Below are positions 8,165 through 14,667 of a stretch of 18,383 nucleotides of DNA, in pieces. The stretch is from a virus (Duplodnaviria > Heunggongvirae > Uroviricota > Caudoviricetes), in the IMG/VR virus record IMGVR_UViG_3300044796_000656; one strand, given 5' to 3'. The translations under genes were made by a program, and so were the position numbers. The notes under the pieces are model-generated. The model was not told the origin of the DNA, made no database searches, and saw only the letters and a program-made list of their open reading frames with translations. How positions within the stretch are numbered: position 1 is the stretch's first letter; each line of letters starts with the position of its first letter.

Positions 8165-8281
8165 ATGGCAACACAGACTCTGAAGTACTCGGAAATTGCT
8201 CCGGCCGTTATCGCGGTCCTGACCTCGGCGGCCGTCGAAGGCAACATGGTTCGGCTAGCGTCGTCAAGGTTGTCTGTTTAA
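8165..8281 (+). pseudogene. 38-aa ORF, probable truncated N-terminus of a phage SAM-dependent DNA methyltransferase (not in ORF track)
   Basis: MATQTLKYSEIAPAVIAVLTSAAVEGNMVRLASSRLSV*. The AVIAVL..A.VEGN.VRL segment resembles the recalled N-terminus of phage methyltransferases, which normally continues GQLDRKLY...KVLE..GGKW. Confidence 0.4.
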
Positions 8282-8291
8282 GGAGATCTAA

Positions 8292-8399
8292 ATGAAGGAA
8301 GTCACCTCCGGTGGAGTTTCGGCTCCTGAGAGATGGACGTCCGATATCGGAGTGGCATATCCATGCGGACGTCTGAGGAAGCCGTCAGTCTCTATCTGA
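8292..8399 (+). CDS. Possible 35-aa small ORF (not in ORF track)
   Basis: Strong SD AAGGAG upstream of ATG 8292; MKEVTSGGVSAPERWTSDIGVAYPCGRLRKPSVSI*; overlaps the next gene by 37 nt. Confidence 0.35.
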   Translation: MKEVTSGGVSAPERWTSDIGVAYPCGRLRKPSVSI

Positions 8400-9067
8400 A
8401 ATGTCCACTCACAACTCCCAAGATTGATCTCCATGAACAGATGGTCTTCCGGGTGTTGAGCAGGGTCTTATTGAAAGCACACGACCATATAGGTACATAT
8501 TCCGTATCGTACCTGCGCGATCTTTTGTCGAAGGGTTGGGAGTCGTATTTTGGGAATGTACCGAACGCCGAGTACTTCGGCGGCCACCGGAAGAATCCGG
8601 GGATAGCCAAACGCATTGGAGACCTGATTCGAGATTATCAGTTCTTAGGGCCACTGGTGTCCTACGACCTGGTGCTGGATGGATTCCGCATCACAGGTGA
8701 GTATGCAGTTGCCCGTCCGTGGGGAAAAGACCTTCCATGGCTGTGCGTCAGTCTGCGCCGTTCCAAACCGTCTAGGTACTACCCGTATCCGGACTTTGTA
8801 GCCTACGCGCGCTGGTTGCACCTGCAAAGCCGGGAACCGGGTCGGGATATCCAGATTCTGCATGTTCCGGTGCTCCACGGCGAGGCCTGGATCGAAAAAG
8901 ATGTCTCGCTTCCTTTGGTACGTGAACTACTCGACGAGATACTAGCGTTAATACGGAGGACCATTCAGGTCCCGCATGCTGGCCCGCACTGCAAGTCGTG
9001 CGTGCTTCCTCGCTGTCTGGAGAAAACACATGGAAGCAGACCGGATGGTCATCAAGCGAAGCGGTAA
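8363..9067 (+). CDS. Degenerate (probably catalytically inactive) Cas4/AddB-like PD-(D/E)XK protein with retained cysteines
   Basis: Probable start ATG 8363 (SD GGAG). N-terminal SEEAVSLYLKCP and C-terminal GPHCKSCVLPRC. The expected G-x-x-D...D/E-x-K core reads ITGEYAV...CVSLRR. Confidence 0.6.
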   Translation: MRTSEEAVSLYLKCPLTTPKIDLHEQMVFRVLSRVLLKAHDHIGTYSVSYLRDLLSKGWESYFGNVPNAEYFGGHRKNPGIAKRIGDLIRDYQFLGPLVSYDLVLDGFRITGEYAVARPWGKDLPWLCVSLRRSKPSRYYPYPDFVAYARWLHLQSREPGRDIQILHVPVLHGEAWIEKDVSLPLVRELLDEILALIRRTIQVPHAGPHCKSCVLPRCLEKTHGSRPDGHQAKR

Positions 9068-9248
9068 GGCAAAGTACGTCATCGATCAAAAGAACTCGGT
9101 CCAAGACGTCAGCAGTTCGTTTGCCTGCACCGACGAGCAAAACGAAACTCATTACTTTCCCGCCGGTTCCGATCGTTGCAAGCTCTGCAAGAAACTACGC
9201 TCGGAAATCTGGCCGGAAGAAGAACCTGTCGTAATAAAGGAGCAGTAA
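9030..9248 (+). CDS. Small Cys/His-containing hypothetical protein (72 aa)
   Basis: SD GGAG before ATG 9030; C...H...CKLC motif; stop abuts the next ATG. Confidence 0.7.
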   Translation: MEADRMVIKRSGKAKYVIDQKNSVQDVSSSFACTDEQNETHYFPAGSDRCKLCKKLRSEIWPEEEPVVIKEQ

Positions 9249-9896
9249 ATGGCTGCATTTACCAACGCATTTCCTCAGGAAAATGGAATCACCCAACGTC
9301 AACGTGAACTCGAACAGGCTGTCATCTGTCCGGAATGTGGTTCGACCTGGTTCACGGAAATGACCTACAACCAGTACTCCGACATGGCCTACGGTGCCGG
9401 CGCTGGCGCCGACCTGCGCGTCATCAGCATCATGCCGCAGACGATCCGCGTCTGCCTGTGTGGTCACCCCTTCACTCCCAATGTCTCTGGCATCCGTGGC
9501 CGCGTAGCTTCAGCCGAGATGGATGCCTTCAAGGTCTCCCTGGCAAAGGCCCACTCCGCCCGGAAGACTCGCAATCAGGCGCCGGAAGGCGTCTCGATGG
9601 ACGTCATCAGCAAGAACTTCGCTTCCGTGTCGGATGCGGAAGCCATCAAGCAGCAGCTTGAAGGTATTCAGGGAACCTTGAACGCCCAGACACGGGCTGT
9701 CGAGGATCTCAAGTTGCGCAGTACGCAACTCGAAGAGGCCACGAAACCCATGGTCGGGATCTCCGGGGAAGCCCAACCAGAAGTGACTGCACGCCTTGTC
9801 GCCGGAGAACAGGCCGGGCTCGGTATTCCAACGACGGACGATGATGTGACAAGAGTCAAGGCCGGCAGACCGACGCGTAAGACAGGCGGCGCCTAA
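9249..9896 (+). CDS. Zinc-ribbon plus coiled-coil hypothetical protein (215 aa)
   Basis: SD AAGGAG; CPECG...CLCGH; heptad-like segment IKQQLEGIQGTLNAQTRAVEDLK. Confidence 0.8.
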   Translation: MAAFTNAFPQENGITQRQRELEQAVICPECGSTWFTEMTYNQYSDMAYGAGAGADLRVISIMPQTIRVCLCGHPFTPNVSGIRGRVASAEMDAFKVSLAKAHSARKTRNQAPEGVSMDVISKNFASVSDAEAIKQQLEGIQGTLNAQTRAVEDLKLRSTQLEEATKPMVGISGEAQPEVTARLVAGEQAGLGIPTTDDDVTRVKAGRPTRKTGGA

Positions 9897-10418
9897 ATGT
9901 CCTCGGTCGCCCAGATGCCCACCAAGTTCGCGTCCCGGCAGGTCCGGCCGGAGTTCATTCAGGGGTTGGAGTTTGTCTCCACGAAGGTCTACCCCCTTCC
10001 AGGTGCGGTATTTGATAGGAGCGGGGACCGGGACCCGCGCCTGACCATCGCCGCCGTCTCGGGGATGCCCGAGAACAACAAAGTCTGCTACTACGAGCAC
10101 ATCGCGACTATACGCCACCGGCAGACCGGAGTGATGTACGTGGTCTTCCGCGAAACAATGGACGCGCTCCTCGCCCAGCAGCAAGACCCTGTGAAGTTCC
10201 CGAAGTGGCTGATGAACGATCCGGTGAAGCATACCGAACGTTCCATTTACATCCACATCGCCAAACCGGATGCCGCCCAGTTGATCCGTTCCGGGCGCAT
10301 ATCGACTCACCAGGACTGGCTGGATGCCATTGCAGAACCCTGGGCTTTCGACTCGATCGCCTACTACCTGCTCACCCAGAAGATCATCACTGAGCAGATG
10401 TACCAGAGGATCAAGTAA
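9897..10418 (+). CDS. Hypothetical phage protein (173 aa)
   Basis: TAAATG coupling upstream and TAATG coupling downstream; protein-like composition. Confidence 0.8.
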   Translation: MSSVAQMPTKFASRQVRPEFIQGLEFVSTKVYPLPGAVFDRSGDRDPRLTIAAVSGMPENNKVCYYEHIATIRHRQTGVMYVVFRETMDALLAQQQDPVKFPKWLMNDPVKHTERSIYIHIAKPDAAQLIRSGRISTHQDWLDAIAEPWAFDSIAYYLLTQKIITEQMYQRIK

Positions 10419-10549
10419 TGTCGAAACCGAAACCGAAACCGCGGCCCAGACCGCGTCCGGCGCCCAAGAGCCCACTTGGACCGCTCGGTCCATACTTCGG
10501 CGGGGTCCGTAATGATCCTGCCATCATTCCTCAATCCGGACAGAACTAA
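10418..10549 (+). CDS. 43-aa proline-rich cationic peptide (not in ORF track)
   Basis: ATG overlaps the upstream TAA (TAATG). MSKPKPKPRPRPRPAPKSPLGPLGPYFGGVRNDPAIIPQSGQN*. Its TAA overlaps the SD (TAAGGAG) of the next gene, exactly filling the gap. Confidence 0.65.
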   Translation: MSKPKPKPRPRPRPAPKSPLGPLGPYFGGVRNDPAIIPQSGQN

Positions 10550-10560
10550 GGAGATGCGCC

Positions 10561-11025
10561 ATGTCAGGTATCGCCTGGTTCACCGGGGTTTGCGATCAGA
10601 TCCTTGCTCGGGTTGAACGCTGGTATCGCAGTTACGAGCGGGGAGAAGTCTACGCGTCGCGCAACTACCTTGGCCATGATTTCACCCAGAGAGATGTTCC
10701 CGTGTTGTTCGCTCACGAAATTCCGTGGCGCCTCGGGGAACTGAAACACTTGGTAACCATCCTGAAGGCTGTCAAGCCGGACTGGGTCATAACCAAGGAC
10801 TTCGATCGACTCCTGGGGATCGTTCAGAACCGTGCCTTGTGGAAACGCTACGAGGGTCTACTAACGATCCGTGGGGATCTGTTCGTTATTACCCTGGTCT
10901 TCGAGAAGCCCGACCTGAACGAACTTGTGGCATTGCTCAAGGAAGTCCGGGACGGGAAACCCGTCACCAACGAAGACCTGCTTGTCGAGAAGCGGAATGC
11001 TGGTAAGGACATCTGGGAAACCTGA
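10561..11025 (+). CDS. Hypothetical protein (154 aa)
   Basis: SD AAGGAG; protein-like composition; stop overlaps the next ATG. Confidence 0.8.
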   Translation: MSGIAWFTGVCDQILARVERWYRSYERGEVYASRNYLGHDFTQRDVPVLFAHEIPWRLGELKHLVTILKAVKPDWVITKDFDRLLGIVQNRALWKRYEGLLTIRGDLFVITLVFEKPDLNELVALLKEVRDGKPVTNEDLLVEKRNAGKDIWET

Positions 11026-11459
11026 TGGTCACGCCGGCGCTCCACGCCGTGTGGTCGTTTCATGCCAGGGAAAGAGAGATGGAACGAGTCGATCTCGGGG
11101 TCACACTCCCCGACATCGGCTCCATCGTTAGGCCATTCTTTCTCGGCATCCGTGAGGATGATCGGGAGAGCTGGATGCTCCAGACCAAGAATGCCTACCT
11201 GTATGGAACGATATTTCAAGCCCCGGAGTATGACGTATTCCTGATCAAAACCGTAGTCGCTCGACCGACGACGGTAGGACGTGCTCCCCGGGGAACCGCA
11301 ATGTACCAACTGGAGAAGATCTATGAGCAGGGTGAAGAAGGCGACGAAGGACGACAATGGGAAGGCTATACCTACAATCCAACTACCGATCGACGTGAAC
11401 TCTATATTGGCTCTCGACCTGAGTCTCAATGCGACAGGGTACTGTCGGCATCGGCTTGA
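11025..11459 (+). CDS. Hypothetical protein (144 aa), 3' end overlaps ruvC by 137 nt
   Basis: TGATG coupling with the upstream gene; fills an otherwise empty ~300 nt. Confidence 0.55.
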   Translation: MVTPALHAVWSFHAREREMERVDLGVTLPDIGSIVRPFFLGIREDDRESWMLQTKNAYLYGTIFQAPEYDVFLIKTVVARPTTVGRAPRGTAMYQLEKIYEQGEEGDEGRQWEGYTYNPTTDRRELYIGSRPESQCDRVLSASA

Positions 11460-11943
11460 CTCGGGCGAGACTGATTACGGGGTCATCGAATCGAACGGCA
11501 AGCGTGGAATCGAACGTCTGGATGCGATCGTCGGTCGGGTCCGCGGTCTCTTGGGTGAGAATCCGGAAACCGGTAAACCTGTCTGCAAACTCAACACCCT
11601 GGTCGTCATCGAAAACTACGCGTTTGCGAGAGCAAACCAGGCACATCAACTCGGAGAACTGCACGGGGTCGTACGCTACGAACTGTGGAAACTCGGTTTC
11701 CCCTACGTGCTGATCGCTCCTATGCAGAACAAGAAGTGGATCACCGGCCAGGGGAACTCAGATAAGAACCTTGTCCTCAAGGAGTTAATGAAGCGGTACG
11801 GCTTCGACGTCAACGACGATAATATCGCCGATGCCATCGGGCTCATGACGTTGATCAAGGCGGTCCTCGGCAAGTGGGAACATCCTTTGGTAGCGTTCCA
11901 GAAGGAAGTAGTATCGAAAGTATTGGAAGCAACCGCTTCTTAA
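11323..11943 (+). CDS. ruvC: RuvC-family Holliday junction resolvase (phage type)
   Basis: Start ATG 11323 (SD GGAG). ILALDLSLNATG, VVIENYAF, LGELHGVV, KKWITGQGNSDK and DDNIADAIG: all acidic catalytic positions are present. Confidence 0.9.
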   Translation: MSRVKKATKDDNGKAIPTIQLPIDVNSILALDLSLNATGYCRHRLDSGETDYGVIESNGKRGIERLDAIVGRVRGLLGENPETGKPVCKLNTLVVIENYAFARANQAHQLGELHGVVRYELWKLGFPYVLIAPMQNKKWITGQGNSDKNLVLKELMKRYGFDVNDDNIADAIGLMTLIKAVLGKWEHPLVAFQKEVVSKVLEATAS

Positions 11944-11952
11944 GGACTGAAA

Positions 11953-12198
11953 ATGATCGAGAAATATGTGCATCATGAGGCGGAAGTCTCTGTCGATTCC
12001 GAACTCAAGGGAAAGCATCGCCAGCATTGTCTGTGCTTTCAGTGTGACCACTTCAAGCCCGGACAGAAAGATAACTGTTCGATCGCCAAACAACTCTATC
12101 ACCTGGATGTAACCTTCTCACTCGTCACTCCCGTGTACGAGTGTCCTGAATTTGAACCAGGGCATCCGACACTTCCGGCGCCGGAACCGGCCGTCTAA
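11953..12198 (+). CDS. Cys-rich small hypothetical phage protein (81 aa)
   Basis: SD AAGGA; HCLCFQCDHF...NCSIA...YECPEF. Confidence 0.75.
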   Translation: MIEKYVHHEAEVSVDSELKGKHRQHCLCFQCDHFKPGQKDNCSIAKQLYHLDVTFSLVTPVYECPEFEPGHPTLPAPEPAV

Positions 12199-12211
12199 CA
12201 ATCAAAGTCCT

Positions 12212-12246
12212 CGGATACAGCGACTCTAGTGGGAATCTGGAGTCGT
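12212..12246 (+). promoter_or_regulatory. Leader copy 1: 9-bp hairpin sequestering the SD of the HNH gene
   Basis: CGACTCTAG (12221-12229) pairs with CTGGAGTCG (12237-12245) around loop TGGGAAT; GGAG lies inside the stem. Confidence 0.7.
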
Positions 12247-12247
12247 G

Positions 12248-12583
12248 TTGGCATACCGTGACAAAGAGAAAAACCGTCAGGTTATAAAATCCTGGAACCG
12301 AGCACACAACAAGCAACTAAAGTTGGAAATGATTGCAGCATACGGCGGGAAGTGTGTCTGTTGTGGAGAAACTGAATCATTCTTTCTGACTTTGGACCAT
12401 ATTTTCGATGATGGCGCTGAAGATCGTCGTCAACGTAAAACCGGTGGTGGCTCAATGATGTACGAGCAACTACGCAAAGAAGGATGGCCTCAAGGAAGAC
12501 TCCAGCTTTTATGTTGGAATTGTAATTGTGGTCGTCGATTAAACGATGGCATTTGTCCGCACACTGGACATCATGCTTATTGA
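12248..12583 (+). CDS. HNH (His-Me finger) endonuclease, homing-endonuclease-like
   Basis: Probable TTG start 5 nt after GGAG. YGGKCVCCGE...LTLDHI..DG...R...QLLCWNCN...CPH. Visibly AT-richer than its neighbours. Confidence 0.82.
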   Translation: MAYRDKEKNRQVIKSWNRAHNKQLKLEMIAAYGGKCVCCGETESFFLTLDHIFDDGAEDRRQRKTGGGSMMYEQLRKEGWPQGRLQLLCWNCNCGRRLNDGICPHTGHHAY

Positions 12584-12590
12584 AGAAAAT

Positions 12591-12624
12591 CGGGCACAGC
12601 GGCTCTGGTGGGGACTGGAGTCGT
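12591..12624 (+). promoter_or_regulatory. Leader copy 2: hairpin sequestering the SD of the sigma-like gene
   Basis: CGGCTCTGG (12600-12608) pairs with CTGGAGTCG (12615-12623) using three G-U pairs; 29/35 identical to copy 1. Confidence 0.7.
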
Positions 12625-12625
12625 C

Positions 12626-13834
12626 ATGTTTCGAAGTACTTCTCTCGACCCTTCCCACTATGCCGCAAACTGGCGGGAGGATCAGCAGAACGACCCCGCC
12701 GCTGTTAATCGGCTGGGATTGTCATACGCGAAGTCGCATGATTCTTCCAAGAAGGAAGAGAAGCTACTTCAGATACTGGAAATGTTTCACGGATATACGA
12801 TGAAGTACTTGTCGATGATCCTCAAGGGAACATTGCCCTGGAATACAACCAGTATTCGCGACACCCGTCTCATGTTGCAGCCATTGATTCCGCGAGGCGC
12901 GGAAGTCAACACCACGACCCTCAAAAACGCCTGCAAGATGCTTCACCTGGCATTCAAGATGATGCCGACCGAGGAGATCTACGACACGCTGGCGTTGTGT
13001 CTACTGCGGGCCGCGCGGAAGTACGATCCACATCATGCCGACAAAATGAAGTCGGTATGCGAGGCCATCAATGAGCTACCAACAGAATTTACCAAAGCAC
13101 GACTCAACAAGCGGATGTCTATGGATTGTTCTGTGTTTCTGCGGGGTCTGGTTCGCAAAGGCTTTCTTGCCAGTATTGCCGGGCCTACGAAGAGGATCAT
13201 GGCGTACCGGAAAGTCTCCTGGCCGCCAAAGCAACAGTTTTTTGAGAGCGGTCCGATCGGGTTCGTTTACGTGCTCCTTATTTGGTTTCGGTGGTATCTC
13301 CGGGAGTTCATCGTCGGACGGATGTCCGAGATTGAAGCCCTCGAAGACGTCCTCCAGCTCGAACATCAGACTCCTAACTTTGGTCGGATGGGCGATCTTG
13401 TTATGGGCGACCATGCCAATATACGTGAGACGGGCCTGCCGCATTCTGAAGGCAATTGCGTAACCTCCCAGGTAGGTGAGTATCGCTACATGGCGGATAT
13501 CGCCCTGATGAACCTGTCCCTGGACATCTCACCGATGGATCTGGACTGGGTTCAGGGGACCAACGATAAACTCTTCCGCAATCTCAGCCGGCGCGAACGG
13601 CTGATCCTCTACCTGGTCTTCTCGGAAGAGAAGAACTGGAAGGAGCTTGCACGGGCCTTGCGGTGCGACCAAAAGACCGCCAAGCGACGTTTCTGTGAAG
13701 TCCTTCAATATCTGATCGCGCGTAATGCGCACGTCGAATTTGTGGAAGCCTGGAAACAGGCTGAACAGATTGTGAAGGATATCACCGCGCAGCGTGCCAA
13801 GAAGAAGCCGCTGAAGATCCTGATCGCGGCGTAA
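12626..13834 (+). CDS. Sigma-70-family-like transcription factor with insertions in region 2 (402 aa)
   Basis: Start ATG 12626 (GGAG-N5). Region 2-like EEIYDTLALCLLRAARKYDP...GFVYVLLIWFRWYLREFI. Region 4 HTH LSRRERLILYLVFSEEKNWKELARALRCDQKTAKRR. Confidence 0.75.
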   Translation: MFRSTSLDPSHYAANWREDQQNDPAAVNRLGLSYAKSHDSSKKEEKLLQILEMFHGYTMKYLSMILKGTLPWNTTSIRDTRLMLQPLIPRGAEVNTTTLKNACKMLHLAFKMMPTEEIYDTLALCLLRAARKYDPHHADKMKSVCEAINELPTEFTKARLNKRMSMDCSVFLRGLVRKGFLASIAGPTKRIMAYRKVSWPPKQQFFESGPIGFVYVLLIWFRWYLREFIVGRMSEIEALEDVLQLEHQTPNFGRMGDLVMGDHANIRETGLPHSEGNCVTSQVGEYRYMADIALMNLSLDISPMDLDWVQGTNDKLFRNLSRRERLILYLVFSEEKNWKELARALRCDQKTAKRRFCEVLQYLIARNAHVEFVEAWKQAEQIVKDITAQRAKKKPLKILIAA

Positions 13835-13849
13835 TCTTGACTTTTCTTA

Positions 13850-13894
13850 GCCGGAGATTTGGGGTTGATACCCCGGTCTCCGACTTTTTATTTA
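13850..13894 (+). terminator. Intrinsic terminator ending the replication operon
   Basis: CGGAGA-TT-T-GGGG / loop TTGATA / CCCC-GG-TCTCCG stem followed by ACTTTTTATTT. Confidence 0.75.
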
Positions 13895-13908
13895 TGAGAC
13901 TTGTTTCT

Positions 13909-13941
13909 CCTCACGGGAGTGTAACTAGAGTTCCCGTGAGG
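13909..13941. terminator. Second hairpin (possible tandem terminator or binding site)
   Basis: Perfect 10-bp inverted repeat CCTCACGGGA / TCCCGTGAGG with a 13-nt loop; only a weak T-tract follows. Confidence 0.45.
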
Positions 13942-14143
13942 CAAGTTTCTCTCTTAACCACGTTATTTCTATCGGTTTGAACCGCATCGGTTCTTACTTA
14001 CGACCGGCCGCCAGGCCCGAACGAAACCGCTATACTATCCAATTCTGAATGAGTAACCATCTGTGTGAACGGAACGGTTGCCCCGTATTGTTTTCCCTTC
14101 TGTTTTTTCTTATCTTTATGAGCAATCGCTGGAGAACAGTTCG

Positions 14144-14320
14144 ATGTCACACTCTTGGATACTCGGCGTGTGCTTTGCCTGCCTTGGGGCAGGCGCTGTT
14201 TTCTTTTGTTCTTTGCTCTTAGGTTGCACCTACAAGATCTCAGCACATAAGACTGCGCCGAAGACCGCGGCTGACCTGGTAACCCTTCACGGACATCGGC
14301 GAAATAAAGAGAATCGTTGA
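14144..14320 (+). CDS. Small single-pass membrane protein (58 aa)
   Basis: SD GGAG before ATG 14144; hydrophobic WILGVCFACLGAGAVFFCSLLLGC followed by a basic tail. Confidence 0.55.
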   Translation: MSHSWILGVCFACLGAGAVFFCSLLLGCTYKISAHKTAPKTAADLVTLHGHRRNKENR

Positions 14321-14344
14321 CGAGAGACCCTGAATCATGGTTAG

Positions 14345-14611
14345 ATGAAAACATCTTGCCGTTTTATCGGGGGATTCTTGACGAACACTCGGAAATCTGT
14401 AGCGACTGTCGACCCGACGATTCTTTCCGAACTGGCACAGCTCGACGTTGACATTGCCCAGCTCGAATCGCGTCGCACGGAAATCATCAGCGAGATCCCG
14501 TATGAAACCGGATCTCGGACTCCCAACATATTCTCAGGCAGGCGCCGGAAACAGGGCGGTGAAAGTTCGGAGATCCCGGTAGCAATGCTGGTACTTCCGA
14601 ATCAGATGTAG
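14345..14611 (+). CDS. Possible hypothetical protein (88 aa)
   Basis: Short coiled-coil-like segment and ends just before a terminator; no clear SD. Confidence 0.3.
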   Translation: MKTSCRFIGGFLTNTRKSVATVDPTILSELAQLDVDIAQLESRRTEIISEIPYETGSRTPNIFSGRRRKQGGESSEIPVAMLVLPNQM

Positions 14612-14635
14612 TTGTAGATGGAAAATCAAACGACG

Positions 14636-14667
14636 AAAAAGGCGGGGGATCATTCCCCCGCCTTTTT
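14636..14667. terminator. Bidirectional intrinsic terminator
   Basis: Perfect 14-bp inverted repeat AAAAAGGCGGGGGA-TCAT-TCCCCCGCCTTTTT between convergent ORFs. Confidence 0.85.

Noticed and set aside
12199-12625. Group I intron housing the HNH gene (CAGCGACT faintly resembles a P7 strand)
   Set aside because: The region is intergenic with no interrupted CDS, there is too little non-coding sequence for a ribozyme core, and the motif is explained by the local hairpin.
13998-14354. 118-aa minus-strand ORF
   Set aside because: No SD and low-complexity composition; the + strand 14144-14320 ORF has a better SD and a TM segment.
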